Source: Paraspadella gotoi (taxonomy: Eukaryota; Animalia; Chaetognatha). Taken from it: a stretch of DNA of 64,000 bases. Shown here one piece after another: positions 1 through 15,084 of the stretch. The stretch lies in NCBI GenBank assembly GCA_051294375.1, contig CM119265.1:10241720-10305719 (forward strand), read 5' to 3'. The position numbers and the translations under genes are program-made. The stretch's first letter is position 1. The number at the start of each line of letters is the position of its first letter. The notes under the pieces are model-generated. The model was not told the origin of the DNA, made no database searches, and was given only the letters and a program-made list of their open reading frames with translations.

Positions 1-2456
1 GCAGATCCTGTTTTATCGGGGCGATATTTTTAAGTCGTTAACGGTTGAAAATAATTTTAATAATTTTAATTTTAATGATTTTAACCCAACCGTTAATATA
101 TTTATTTTGAGTTTTTAACAGTTAATTTTCAATTATTCTTTAAAATTTTTTTAATATGAAATATTTTAATTTTTAAAAGAAGAGCAACTCTATGAGACAC
201 TTTTCGGTCGATCGGTATGTCTGTCCGCCAGTCTGTTCTACTTACATTGAAAATGCTCATAACTCGCCTTCAAGAAGCTATAAAGACAGGCTAAGAAAGT
301 CACTGCGGGGCAACAAACATTTGAATTTCCGTTCTTGTTATTTTGATTTTCTTTTTTTTTTCTTTTTACTTCCGCCGCGAGTACTTGCTTTTTGGTCGTT
401 CTGTCTGTCGGTCTGTCCCATTAACGTTAAAAATGCTCCTAACTCGCCCCGCCTTCAGGAAACCCTAAAACTATAAAGAATAAAATATGCAGTGTGTCAT
501 AAATGCACGGACTAAGAAAGTTATGGTAGTCATGTCATGTCATGTTATCACAGGAAAATACACGTGAAAATAAAGTTACTGCGGCTGTCACTGAATGAAC
601 CGATCTTGTTTTTTTTTTTCTTTTTTCTTTTTTTTCACCTCTTTATCTCTTTCTGTTCCCTTTTTCTAAATTTGAGGATTTTTCCCATCTTAACAAATGA
701 GCAACCAAGTAAAGGCGAGGAATGAGCATTTGTAGCGTAAGTGTGACACCGACGAACAGACATACCGACCGACAGACGGACCGAAAAGTGACTTATAGAG
801 TTGCTTCGCGAGTACAACTAAAAACGTTGTACGCAAGATTTGCTGATTAGCTAAATTATCATGGGTAGATTCAACAAAGTTTGCTGTTTTCGATTTACCA
901 TCTTGAACTTTAATGCGGAACTCATCTGTCATGACAGGGACAGGGTATAATATTTTTGGGAACCCCCCATCACAATTTAGTTTATAGAATTCTCTTAATT
1001 TAAATTATTATAATTTAGCAAAAAATAAAAAAAATAAAAATTAGTTTGATAGCTTTACAATTTATTAGCAAGTTTTCGGCGATTCCCCCTAACATTCTTC
1101 TTAAAAATTAGTTTGATAGCTTTACAATTTATTAGCAAGTTTTCGGCGATTCCCCCTGACATTCTTCTTACCACTCCATTAGCGTTAAATTTTCCCTTTT
1201 CTCCCTTGCACCGCCCCCTCTCGGCCTCCTCGAAGCCGTCGGGATTGAGTGCGGGGACGAAGTGAGCCCTGATCCGTCTCCATAACCGCTGATATCGATC
1301 CGACTGACTCCCGTTGGAGGTTTGTTCCGCATAGATCTTCGCTAATAGAAAGACGAGCTTGCGGCCGAAGACTTCGTTGCCATGGATATTGGCGACGATC
1401 GCTATTTGCGGCACGTCAGCGCGTGAGGTTTTCGGGCCTACGACGAGGGCTTGGATATCTTTTCCCCTGCGAGACGAAATGGGCGAACTGCCGAGTCGTT
1501 TTTTTCGTCAGGATGTCGTTCGATGTTCATTTGTCTTTGGTCTTCGAGCGTCCATCTATTCTATTCTAACAAAGGCACAATGCCAACAAAACATTTAGCT
1601 TTTATGGTCATTGGTCAATGATCAATGGTCAATGGTCATTGATAAACGTTAATGGTTAATCATGCAGGAATTTAGAAGTTATTTCAATTTGAGACTAAGA
1701 TTCTCTTATTTTAATCATTTTGTAATCGTTTTAAGCCTATTACTGTTTATCTCAATGTTTACCAACTAACGTTTGAACTCTGAACTTGTTTTTGACTAAC
1801 ATCTCAACGATCTTATCTTTGAACCCCATGGCTCGATTCTATTTGCTATATAAGCTAACATTCATTATCAAATTTAGTGTTTACTCTCAACGCTTGTGTT
1901 GTGAGTCATTAGTCGTTGTTCTCACGATTGGCGACTTCAGTTGTTAATTAACATCGTGTTATGAGGAAAACGCATATTATTTTAAACTGAGAAATTTATT
2001 TCAGTTAACATAGCTTAACCATAGTTTTTTCTCTTTCTTGAACTTTTGTCCTCTTTTCACTCTTATTCTCTCTCTATGTTAACCGATATATATTTCTGAG
2101 TTAAAAACATAACCCGATATTAATGACTAGTATTACGTACTCATACCGCATATACGATGACTTTCAAGATTCAATACTTATTTTTGCGGTCAATCTCGTT
2201 ACCTGACGCTTTTCCCCAAAACGTAGTGGCTCACAAATTCTGATTTTAATTGCTGCATTCTTTGGAAGACGTCGTTGATCACCTGGTTCGTGATGTAATC
2301 ATCTTCCACCGTCGTTGTCATCGTCGTCGTTGTCATCGTCGCCGTTGTCATCGTCGTCGTTGTGGTGGTCGTATTGATCGGCGTTGTCGTTGCGGCCAAG
2401 AGCAATTTCAGTGTTACAATTATCGTTACTAAGATAAAATATCTATGTAACCGCAT
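1..2456 (-). CDS. M14B zinc carboxypeptidase (CPM/CPD-like) paralogue 1, 5' part; exons 2456-2203, 1466-1172, and an exon starting at 7 that runs off the window
   Basis: Signal peptide and Thr-rich linker, then 'YVLGKSVRGKDIQALVVG...IAIVANIHGNEVFGR' (HxxE zinc motif) and 'HFVPALNPDGFE'. GT-AG sites keep the frame. The acceptor at 8-10 opens on GAT CTG (DL), the same intron position as before DLNRNF in paralogue 2. Confidence 0.85.
180..822. repeat. Two oppositely oriented fragments (about 180-480 on +, about 700-822 on -) of a GTCY-microsatellite-bearing dispersed repeat, Helentron/HINE-like
   Basis: Both share 'gcaactctat..g.cacttttcggtc', GTCC/GTCT-type repeats and 'aaatgctc...ctcgcc'. A similar head occurs at about 29160. 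Confidence 0.5.
1037..1170. repeat. 67-bp tandem duplication next to a splice donor
   Basis: Two near-identical copies of 'aaaattagtttgatagctttacaatttattagcaagttttcggcgattccccct.acattcttctta'. Confidence 0.9.
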
Positions 2457-3515
2457 GATTTGGTGCCTCGCAGAAAAATGTAAAAAAAAATCGCGATCGA
2501 GCTAAAATAGCGTATAGTTTTGGTTTACAATTCGCTTCTTTTTCATGATGACGGCAGCATTTCAATGAAATTAAGAATGCGAAGTTTCGTTAACCCTAAC
2601 TTAGGCCTCAGGCGCTGGAATGAAAATAGTTTCGTTAAACTCGCGATCCTCGCCTATTCTCTACATAATCGGATTTTTTCAAAGGCTGACGCTACATTGC
2701 TACAACCCAGCACTAGTGCCGGATAATTAAATGCAGATGAATTTAGTAATAACATAAGTTGTAATGTGGAATTAAATAACGTTGTGGTAATTAAACGACT
2801 AACTACACTATAACAAAAACATTTTGACTGTCGTGTGGCCTCGCGTCATCATTGAAACGTGATCGTCACCGGCGCCCCCTAAAGAAGATGACAAAATTTA
2901 TAAGACACATTAAGAGAAAATAAAGTTTTTTATTAAAAAAAAAAATTTGCTTTCTTTTAATCTTTACCGCGATAAAAAGAAATCGAAAACAGAAAAATAT
3001 AAAATAAAATTAATAAAAAATCGATCAAACTGTTAAAGTTTAACTGGAAACAAAATTAAAATAATAAGCTGGAGACAAAAACTTTACTAACTCCAAATCA
3101 ACTTTACTAACTCCAATCAAATTTACACATAAGAAATTGGTACAACAAATATTATAAAAATTATCCATACATTTTAATTTCTATAAATAAGCTATCTTGC
3201 CTCCTGACTTTGAACAATAAACACGGTTAACAACAATAGACAGCTTAAGCATTACATCCCCTCTTAAGGTCATTCAAATCAACTTTAAAATCGGTCAAGT
3301 AGAGCTTTTGGCGATTTCGAAAATGTATTCACTTTAAATTTCATTCCATTTTATATCGGTTTAAATTATAATATAAAATAAAAGAAACCTATCAGAAGAG
3401 TTACAAGTCAAACGAAAAAGCCAATCCATCTGATATTTTTCAAGAATTTTTTATTAGTGAATTAAAAAAAATTAATAGAGAGATATTTTGAAATTTCAAC
3501 TTACATCGTTAAAAA

Positions 3516-4006
3516 CAAAGTGTTTTTAGACTGAATAAATAATTAAAAAAAGGAATTTTTTGTGATAACTAATGACTACGATGTATTTCTTGAGGGCATA
3601 CCTGTAATACATAAAAGTGTTTTTAGACTGAATAAATAATTAAAAAAAATAATTTTTTGTGATAACTAATGACTACGATGTATTCACCTTTGATGGGATA
3701 GCTGTAATACATAAAAGTGTTTTTAGACTGAATAAATAATTTTTTAAAAAAATTGTGATAACTAATGACTACGATGTATTTCTTGATAGGATAGCTGTAA
3801 TACATAAAAGTGTTTTCAGACTGAATAAATAATTAAAAAAAAGAATTTTTTGTGATAACTAATGACTACGATGTATTTCTCTTGATGGGCATAAGCTGTA
3901 ATACATAAAAGTGTTTTTAGACTGAATAAATACTTTTTAAAAAAAAATTGTGATAACGAATGACTACGATGTATTTCTTGATGGGATAGCTCTAATACAT
4001 AAAAGT
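3516..4006. repeat. Tandem minisatellite, unit of roughly 97-100 bp, five copies
   Basis: Repeated 'aaagtgtttttagactgaataaataatt...tgtgataactaatgactacgatgtatttctt...ctgtaatacata'. Confidence 0.95.
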
Positions 4007-4055
4007 TTACGAATAGTGAAGCTGAATGACACTTCCTCTTAAAAGATAAAAACAC

Positions 4056-4216
4056 AGGGAAGCCAGGAACTCTGGAGTGAATAAACGAGACTGCGAGAGA
4101 GTCTTGGTTGAAGGCTTGCTGAAGACTGATGGAGGCCTTAAACCACCAAAGTCTGTTCAAAGTCAGGGGCAAGATATCTTATTTAATAAATTTATATTTG
4201 TTGGACCAATTTCATA
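4056..4216 (+). mobile_element. Short dispersed repeat (non-autonomous element). Other copies at about 3128-3218 (-), 8385-8462, 20994-21115, 30231-30438 and 40822-41029
   Basis: Shared blocks 'gggaagccagg...gagagagtcttg', 'ggaggccttaaaccaccaaag.ctgt.caaagtcaggg.caagata' and a common end 'ttgtaccaatttcata'. Confidence 0.8.
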
Positions 4217-7200
4217 GCAAGACAAAGCAAGCATTCATTTTCATTAAACTCGCCTCGTCGAGATCCATCTCTCGTCTGAGTCGCTCGAAATCTTCTTCGC
4301 AAAACGAAATCATTTTCCTTCCGTCGTCTTCGTTCGTCTGCCTCGTCGTCGTCGTCGTCGTCGTCATCGACGATTCCGTCCACAAAAGGTCATTGGCGAG
4401 AGAGGGGGCGAGGATGGGAAGGCCCGGATCTCCCTCGTTCGACGTCGTCGCGGTCGGCGACATCGACGTCGACAGTCCCAAATCGAAGAGCGAAAAAGGG
4501 GGCGTGGCGATCGGCGCGGATACGGACGAGGTTCCAGCCGTGGCGGATGGATGGATGGAGGGAGCGACGGATCGAATCAACGCATCGATGGACTCGTCGA
4601 TGAAATGCGTCGTCGTTGAAGTAGGGTCTTGGTCAGATGGAAGAGCGGCGTTGCACGGAACCGTAGCGGAGTTGGAAGTCGTTACTATTGGACAATTAGA
4701 AGGAGCGAATAGCGGAAGAGGAGGAGGAGGAGGAGCAGGACTTGAAAGTGGAATTTCGATTGGATCTTGAATCGGAAGAGAATCGAGATAGAAAATCTCC
4801 GAGCCGAGTGTTAACGGAGTGGCGGCGCCCGAGTCGAAGAGAGCGATTGTAGGAGGAACGCTTTCGATGGAGGCCGCTGGAGCAACGAAATCGATTGCGG
4901 GGGCTGGAGCGATCGAAGAGATTGCTGGAGCGGAAATGAGATTGACTGGTAAAGCGGAGGCTTCCGTTGGAGGCGACGCGGATGAGAGATGAAAATCGAG
5001 TGATGCGGGATCGAAAATCGGAAAAGTGGCCGGGATAGAGGGCGCGGTGGAAGAAGGGAGGGGTAGAGAGACAAAGGTTGGGACGGAAGACGATGAGGAG
5101 GAGGAGGAGGAGGAGGAGGTAGTTGGAAGAGAAGATGAATTGGGCGTGGAAATGGAATCTGAGGTCGAAGGCCAATCGTCGTCGTCGTCGTCATTGCCTG
5201 GCCAATACGGAAAAGAAATGAAAAAGAATACCTGAAGGTCGAATCGACAAATAACAGTAACTGCAGATATATCATCGATGGAATGCATCTATAGAGACTA
5301 GAGCCTATATACCTATATACCTATATATAGTATTATATAGTATAGACGGTCTTTGTGATCTTCGAAACATCAGATTGGTTGTCAATGACCATCTGATGAC
5401 TCGAAAAACCTCAAAGACCTCCTCTCTACCTCTTAAAATACTATAGAATCATTCATGAAAAGACCAGGAATCTTTTTTATTTTCTCACCTTTCTTCTCCT
5501 CATCCTTACTCTTCCCCGCATCGCGCAACGCCAAACGCCCGGCCGCGGTCAACGCCAAAGTCTGTCCTTGGAGGAAGTCCTTGGGAAGTTCGTCCTCCAG
5601 CAGGGTGAGAATCGGACCCTGCGACTGGAACTCTTCCAGAGGATCCAGCGGCAGGGCAGAGAGACGGGGCGGGCGGAGAAGGTTCAGCAGGGTGGAACGA
5701 GGAAGGGGAGATGCTGAGGAAGGATTGAAAGGGGGAATAAAATCAAATAAAATTTTATTTCCCAAAGCTCCATATTTCATCTCAAATCGGGGATGAGGTT
5801 GCTTTTTAGGCTTCATGATTAGGTTAGGTGTTAGGGACGAGGCTAGAGATTAGGGTTAGGGATTTGGGATAACGATTAGAGTTAGGTGATAAGGTTACGG
5901 ATAAGGTGGTAGGGTTAGTTATTATCGATTACCTTACTGATTAAGGTTAAAGACTCGGTTCGGGTTAGGGATTAGTTAATTAATTTGAAAAAAGGTTAGG
6001 ATTAAAGATATGGTAAAATCATAGATTAAGGGACAGAAAAGCAATTTGGCTTGATGAAAAAAGTACGATGTAAAAACTTACCCTGTCCTTCCTTCGCCTC
6101 CTGCGCCGCACGTTCTCCAACTTCGGATTTTTTCGAAGATTCTTCGGGCGGCGGACTTTTTCTCTTTTCTTTCACTTCCCACATTTCCACTTGTTGGCCC
6201 TGAATTTCCCCATCAGGTTCCGTCGACGGCTCATCAGGTCCTGCTCTTTTGTTTTGGACAGTTTCGTTTCCCGTATTGCCGCTAGGTTCGCTCGGTTGTC
6301 TCAGTGCGGGAGACTCCGTCGCACAAACGAGCATCGGTCCTTTCTGCCCCGGGATGCGAAGAATGGTGCCGGGCGTCAGTTTGGCGGTGGATCGATCGAC
6401 GCCTGAACGAAACACTTTTTAGATTAAATAATTAATCAAAACAAATATTCAATGAAACCAAATAAAAGTGAATCAAACCGGATATTATGATTGGCGTCTT
6501 GATCGATTTAATTTTATCAACGCCGATGCCCCTGGGAACGGGAATACAAATCCGCGCAGGTTTCGAAGATCTTTGGTATGAACGCTTCGAGTCTCGCAAG
6601 ATATCGTGGTACTCGCTCGGACGTCGACGATTTTTACGTCCGACCTTTAAACGTCAAAGAAAAATAAAAAGATGTAATCACCTTAAGATGCCGATTTCAG
6701 AGAATATCATGAAGACATGAAGAGCCTCTTTTTTACCGACTTCTTGTCCAAGATGTTCTGCGCGTTTTTCAGAACAGAGATCACCGGCCGAAAGTCGTGG
6801 GCGACGGCGTGATCTAGCGGAGTCCGACCGAACTAAAAACGAACTCAGCAAATAAATTCAATTCCGCTTTTAATGATTTAATCGTATTTATTACTAATTT
6901 ATAGACTTAATTTTAATTTAATAGCTCACAACCACAGCAACCAATCAAACTACCTTGTTCTCCGCTTCCATATCGGCGCCTTTCCGGAGCAGCGCCTGGC
7001 ACACAAGGGTGTGCCCCTTTTCCGCCGCCCAGTGCAGCGGCGTCATCCTTAACATATCGGTAGAGTCGACATCTGCGCCGCAGCGCAGTAGCAGCTGCAC
7101 GGAAGCTGAAAGTTTTCGGGTTAATAAGGTGAATTTTTAAAAAAATGAACTCATAAATACATTATATCTTCTAGGATAAAACTAGTAAATACTATGCTTG

Positions 7201-8566
7201 AGTGGATGTACTATCTCGTTGCTAAGGCTTAATAATTAAACATTAAAAAAATTATTCAATTACGTTTACATTTCTGTAAATCAAACAATCCTTCCAAAAT
7301 TACAAGCAGTTAGCTACGAGTACGACCACCGATGATAACTAAGCTACCAGGACTACGAAGAAATAAGACACGAGTATCATTAAAGCATGACTGAACCATC
7401 AGGCTCAGCTAAACAGATGTCATATACTATTAATAGTAAAATCCCTGCAAACCCCATAATTCGATGGAAAGAAGAGAAACAATCAAATTTAAAATCAAAG
7501 ATAGTCCCTAACACAAAATGCAAATAAGTCTACCAACCTAGCATTCCCGCTTGAGCGGCCAAATGAAGCGGAGTTCGATTGACTTTGGACTTGAGGTCGC
7601 AGGAGACGCCGGCGCGAAGGAGAACCTCGGCGGAGGCGACGTGGCCGTGTTGACAAGCCAAGTGGAGGGCGGAGATGCCCAGCTAAAAAATGAAATAAAA
7701 TGTTTAAAAATAAGGTATTTATTAGGACTTTTTATCGTCTTACATGACAATGTCGAATGTAATAATGAAGAAACATCATGATGTGGACGATATCACACCG
7801 ATCTAAATTTAAAACTCTAAGTCTCACCCAATCGGTGGCGACGGGCGCTCCCTCAATCAGCAGCTTCCTGATCATTTCCGCGTCTCCGCGCTCGGCGGCG
7901 GCGATAAGATTCTTTCCCGCTTCGACGCTCGACGGCGGCAGCGACGCCAAATCCACGGCCGGCGTCGATGGGCGTGTCGCCGAGTGCGGTAGCCGAGTTG
8001 ACGACGCCGGAAAATTGACGCTCTGTGTCGTCAGCGCCGATTGGGAAGGCGGGACGGTGATCAATTGAAAAGAGGCGTCGTTTCCGAGAGAGAACGGCGT
8101 CGAAATCGTGATTAGTTCCGATGATGAGGCGGTCGACGGCGTCGTCGATGAAACTAGAAATTAAGAATTTACTTAAGAATTACATATTGCAGTCTTTAAA
8201 CTTAAAGCAATCCATTATGGATTCCATACCTTCCACGACGGAGGTACTCGGAAAATTTGTTTGTTGCAAAACGACGACATTTTCATTCACAAACTGCGGG
8301 GAAAATAATTCACAAAACATTAATTGTCATGATCATGTAATTTTTATAAATATAATCCAATATCAAAAGATAAAATCTGATTGACTGTACAAAGTCGGGA
8401 GGCAAGATAGCCTATCTATTAAATGATTCGATAATATTTACATTGGTTGTACCAATTTCATAGTGGAGAAATTAATAAACGCTACTCTCACCTGAAATGG
8501 GACGGCGTTGACTTCGTTTCGCAAAGGGACGCCTGGCTCGCTGATTACGAGCATCGGAGTTTCCAT
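4212..8566 (-). CDS. GABPB1: GA-binding protein beta subunit-like ankyrin-repeat protein; exons 8566-8492, 8293-8230, 8153-7828, 7682-7538, 7105-6954, 6832-6737, 6644-6479, 6402-6082, 5713-5510 (or 5489), 5197-4212
   Basis: The spliced translation '[12 protein letters not shown]...[22 protein letters not shown]...[25 protein letters not shown]...[23 protein letters not shown]...NKFGRTPLD' follows the GABPB ankyrin repeats closely. All junctions are GT-AG and phase-compatible. A Ser/Pro/Thr-rich tail ends in a short helical segment. Confidence 0.88.
5820..6005 (+). repeat. Degenerate TTAGGG/GGTTAG-like interstitial repeat in a GABPB intron
   Basis: Repeated ttagg, ggttag and ttagggttaggg motifs. 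Confidence 0.7.
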
Positions 8567-9117
8567 AGGATGAAGCGGACGTGGAATGAGATCATCTCAT
8601 TTCGGCTGAAGAAATTTTTGTAATTAAATTAATTATGGATTTCATTCACTTTGAAAATATCGTTGTCCTAATGATATTTAACGAAGAGTTAACACAAAAT
8701 CGGCCCACACTCTATATACCGTAATCCATTGTTGCAGAGCCTTCAATGTTTTATTGTATTAGAGCGTAAAAACAAATTTTTTTGAGACGCAACTTTAGCG
8801 AAAACATAATTTTTAAGTCCACTGACTGTTTCCAAAGTGAAGTCTTGCTCGTTTGCTTAGTAAGTTTTTGACTATCACACTAGTTGTGAAAGATACTGAA
8901 AAAAAAAAGTAAAGCTTTGATGTTTGATCTTTATTGCAATTTGGTTACATCTTAACACAAGAGCTGAGTACGATTCAATTTGAAAGATATTTGCGATCTT
9001 TGTCGCTTTTTCGGTTTTTTTTTCTCTCATCCGTGAATAAAACTGATTCAGAGAGGAGAGGCGCATATACATAGAAATTACTGCGGTGAGAACATCACAG
9101 TTCGGGACGGATTTTTC

Positions 9118-11884
<2,767 letters not shown>

Positions 11885-12250
11885 GATGGCGTTGTTGTTC
11901 TCCCTTGAGTCCGGAGAGCGAAATGTTGATTTTATTCTCGTATTTGAAACCAACTTTCGTACATTTAAAACTGAAATCTTCGCTCAGATCTTATTTTTTA
12001 AAAAAAAAAATTTTGAGCCAGTTTCCGATACGACCGGCTTTAAAGGATTCGTCGTAGATATTTCGAAGCTACCATTAAGATGCTGAAGAATCTGCGGGCA
12101 GAGAACGATCTTCTCCAAGGATTTAATTAGAAATGTCCTCTGCTAATCAGACATCCTTCGGAAACAGAGCTGAAATTTAGGATCCTTTTTTTTCCCTTCA
12201 ACGAGGAGGTTCAAGTTTTCATTTTGAACGATTAATTTTCTTCTTTCTGT

Positions 12251-12359
<109 letters not shown>

Positions 12360-13344
12360 AGAGCAACGAGAAAAGAAAGTCGAATAAGAGAATCGAGCTG
12401 CAAAAGAAAAAAATAAAGTTGGCGATTGTTTTCGTGAAAAATGTGAGAAAAAAAAGAATTACCTTCCCTGGCCGATCGATAAGTGGCGAGAAATCGGTGA
12501 AATCATTTTCAAAAGGCGCATCAGTGAATGAAGGAAAAAAATGACGGGGATATTCAAATTCAATGGTTCGACAATATCGTTGAGCGTAAATAATTTATAT
12601 TTCGTTTTTCAAGCGAGAGGAAAGTATCTATTCTCGTTTGGTTCTCCAATGTTTGATCAGTCGTCTGTATTTGCTTCGTTGCGATATTTCCCACGAAAAT
12701 TGATTCTCTTTTCTATCCCGTCTTTTTCAAACTTACAAAAGAAGTGGCGAAATAGTTAACTGTTAATCTCTTTTTCGCCTTCGCGTCGTCCGACTACAAT
12801 ACAAAATAAGAAGTCTGAAGGCGAAAAGAGTAAGACGAAACAAACCGGGTTTTTCTTTATTAAATGTCGTTCTTCAGTGTCATTGGTCTGCGAACAATTT
12901 CATGTTTCGAAATTGATTTAAAATCCCTGGTGGCCGACGAAAAAGTATCGAGAGAAAGTTGGAACCTAAGTGTGGGCCAATTGGAGCGAAGAGGATCCAG
13001 TGTCCAATAAAAAAAGAGAATGATTCGGGTTTCGAGATTATTTTTTGTTGTTGTTGAAAAATTAGAAGATAAAAAAGAAAGTTGTCAAAGGTTTTTGGTC
13101 GTCGTTGTTAAAACCGCAGCGACATTGGCAGCCAAATTTAGGATTTATACTACGCAGAATGCCCTCCATCCCGATTAAGTGGACAAACCGAATGAAGATC
13201 AGGAACAATTTTGTTCAATTATTCGTAATGAAATAAAAATAATTTTAATGATAGTAGTATTTCCTTTCGTTTCTTTTCGTTTGTGAAATATATTTGCAAA
13301 GTAAAAGAGATTTTATTGATATACAACAACGATTATTATTTGAA

Positions 13345-13387
13345 ATCGGACAAGTTTCGATTCTTTGTACGAACCTTCATCAGTGCA
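13345..13387 (-). ncRNA. Degenerate minimal type-I hammerhead ribozyme motif
   Basis: Reverse complement reads CUGAUGA-A-GGUUC-guacaaa-GAAUC-GAAAC-uu-GUC. Core and stem II are intact, stem I is unpaired. Confidence 0.6.
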
Positions 13388-14071
13388 AAAAGTTTTGACA
13401 AATTTGACAAATAATTTCAAGTAAATATAAAAAATGTGTTATAAGTTTTATGTCAAGTAACGTGTTTTAATCACGTTCAAACTTTGATATTTTTAATAAC
13501 CTAAAATAGTCCATATTATTTCTACTAATAAATGAAAACTTTCCAAAAATACTATTTTAGTTCACTAAACTGTGTAAAATATTAACTAAATGAAAGCTGC
13601 AAGCACAAAATTGGCAATCAGAGTTAGAATGTATACCAACAATATTTTTTATAGAATAATGAGTCACAAAACAAAGGTTGTTTTTAGGCAGAGGTATTCT
13701 GCTTCAAAAGCATTGCCATTCTCCACTCAGTATTATTGATATTCCTTATTTTTATTTTTAATATTTTGATTTATAATCAATAGTTGCGACTTACCTTATC
13801 ATAGAAAAGAATCAAGTATTGGAGAACTTTATTGCTTATGACGTAATTTGAGGTAAAGTTATTACTGTATATTTTGACTGCATTGACATAGTAAACGAAT
13901 TGGCATGAGAAAGAATAACAAAAATCAGAAACTCAGTCCAACATTCAATTCAGACTCAGACAAAGACACATGCTTTAGGGGTCGTTCATTTGCAGCTGAT
14001 ATTGATAGACAAAAGAACACCCAAGGAAATTTGTATAATTTAACATAGATGGATGTGACGGCGACCATCTT

Positions 14072-14143
14072 GGGGATGTAGCTCAGTGGTAGAGCGCTCG
14101 CTTCGCATGTGAGAGGCCCGGGGTTCAATCCCCCGCATCTCCA
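14072..14143 (+). tRNA. tRNA-Ala(CGC)
   Basis: GGGGATG/CATCTCC acceptor stem with G3:U70, A and B boxes, anticodon loop ttCGCat, oligo-T downstream. Confidence 0.95.
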
Positions 14144-14228
14144 GATACATTTTATTCAGTTTGATTTGGAGCTTTCCAAAACGAGATCAAACTTCATATA
14201 ACATGAAGAATCCAATAAAGGACCCGAA

Positions 14229-14300
14229 GGGGATGTAGCTCAGTGGTAGAGCGTTCGCTTTGCATGTGAAAGGTCCGGGGTTCGAACCCCCGCATCTCCA
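14229..14300 (+). tRNA. tRNA-Ala(TGC)
   Basis: Canonical cloverleaf, anticodon TGC, oligo-T terminator immediately after. Confidence 0.96.
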
Positions 14301-14516
14301 TTTTTCATAGAGCTTGATTCTAGCAGCCACACTGTTTTATTAATAAATTAAGGAAAGTCAAAAAAACTTATTACTGGTAACTCTCACCAACGTTTGAAAA
14401 TTTTAGTTTTTGTTTCAATTAAAAACACTTTTTAAAGAGCTCAAAAACCGTCTTTCTTTAAAATGACACCATTTGATTAGTAACTTTCCACGACCCATAC
14501 ATTTTAATAATCAGTT

Positions 14517-14588
14517 GGGGATGTAGCTCAGTGGTAGAGCGTTCGCTTTGCATGTGAAAGGTCCGGGGTTCGATCCCCCGCATCTCCA
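14517..14588 (+). tRNA. tRNA-Ala(TGC)
   Basis: Near-identical to the 14229 copy, T-run downstream. Confidence 0.96.
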
Positions 14589-15084
14589 ATATTCTTTTTC
14601 TGTTTGCAATCGATATGAGTTTCTGATTAATGACTTTCTCACAGGAATGATGGAAGTAATTTTAATCTTGTGTTGTAAAGATGATCACTCACCTGCCTCT
14701 TCGACTTCAAGTAAATATTTTATAAAAATTTTGAACTTGTATAAAAAATATTAAAAAATAAATAATAAACATTTAATTATTCAATTTAAGATATAAGAAT
14801 TGAAGCCAACAAGCCGAAACATGTCCGTCTTTTAATAATAAAAATCGTTGTAATAATTTAAAAAATACTTTGCTTTCTCAAGAATAATTTATAATATAAA
14901 ACATTATCAAATTTACATAATTGTGATATATCCTTTCTTTCGTTGTGTTTGAGGCAATTACAAAGTTTTTATTTGTTATAACAACGATTATTTAAAAATC
15001 TCAAAAATATAGTGATCTCGCCAGACGTTACTAACAAAGAAAATTAACTAAAAAATTCGGAAAAAAAGGAATGATTGATGCAAT

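Noticed and set aside
3516-4006. Regular repeats that could suggest a CRISPR array
   Set aside because: There are no unique spacers and no cas genes, and the context is eukaryotic; it is a tandem minisatellite.
4129-5275. Several long overlapping antisense and alternative-frame ORFs (also at 9086-9559 and 27718-28989)
   Set aside because: They are shadow ORFs of GC-rich, low-complexity exons.
5392-5406. CTGATGA-ctc-GAAA resembling a hammerhead core
   Set aside because: There is no stem II and no correctly placed cleavage triplet; it is simply the 3' arm of a hairpin.
5820-6005. Possible telomere or chromosome-fusion scar
   Set aside because: Highly degenerate, short, in one orientation only, and inside an intron of an intact gene.
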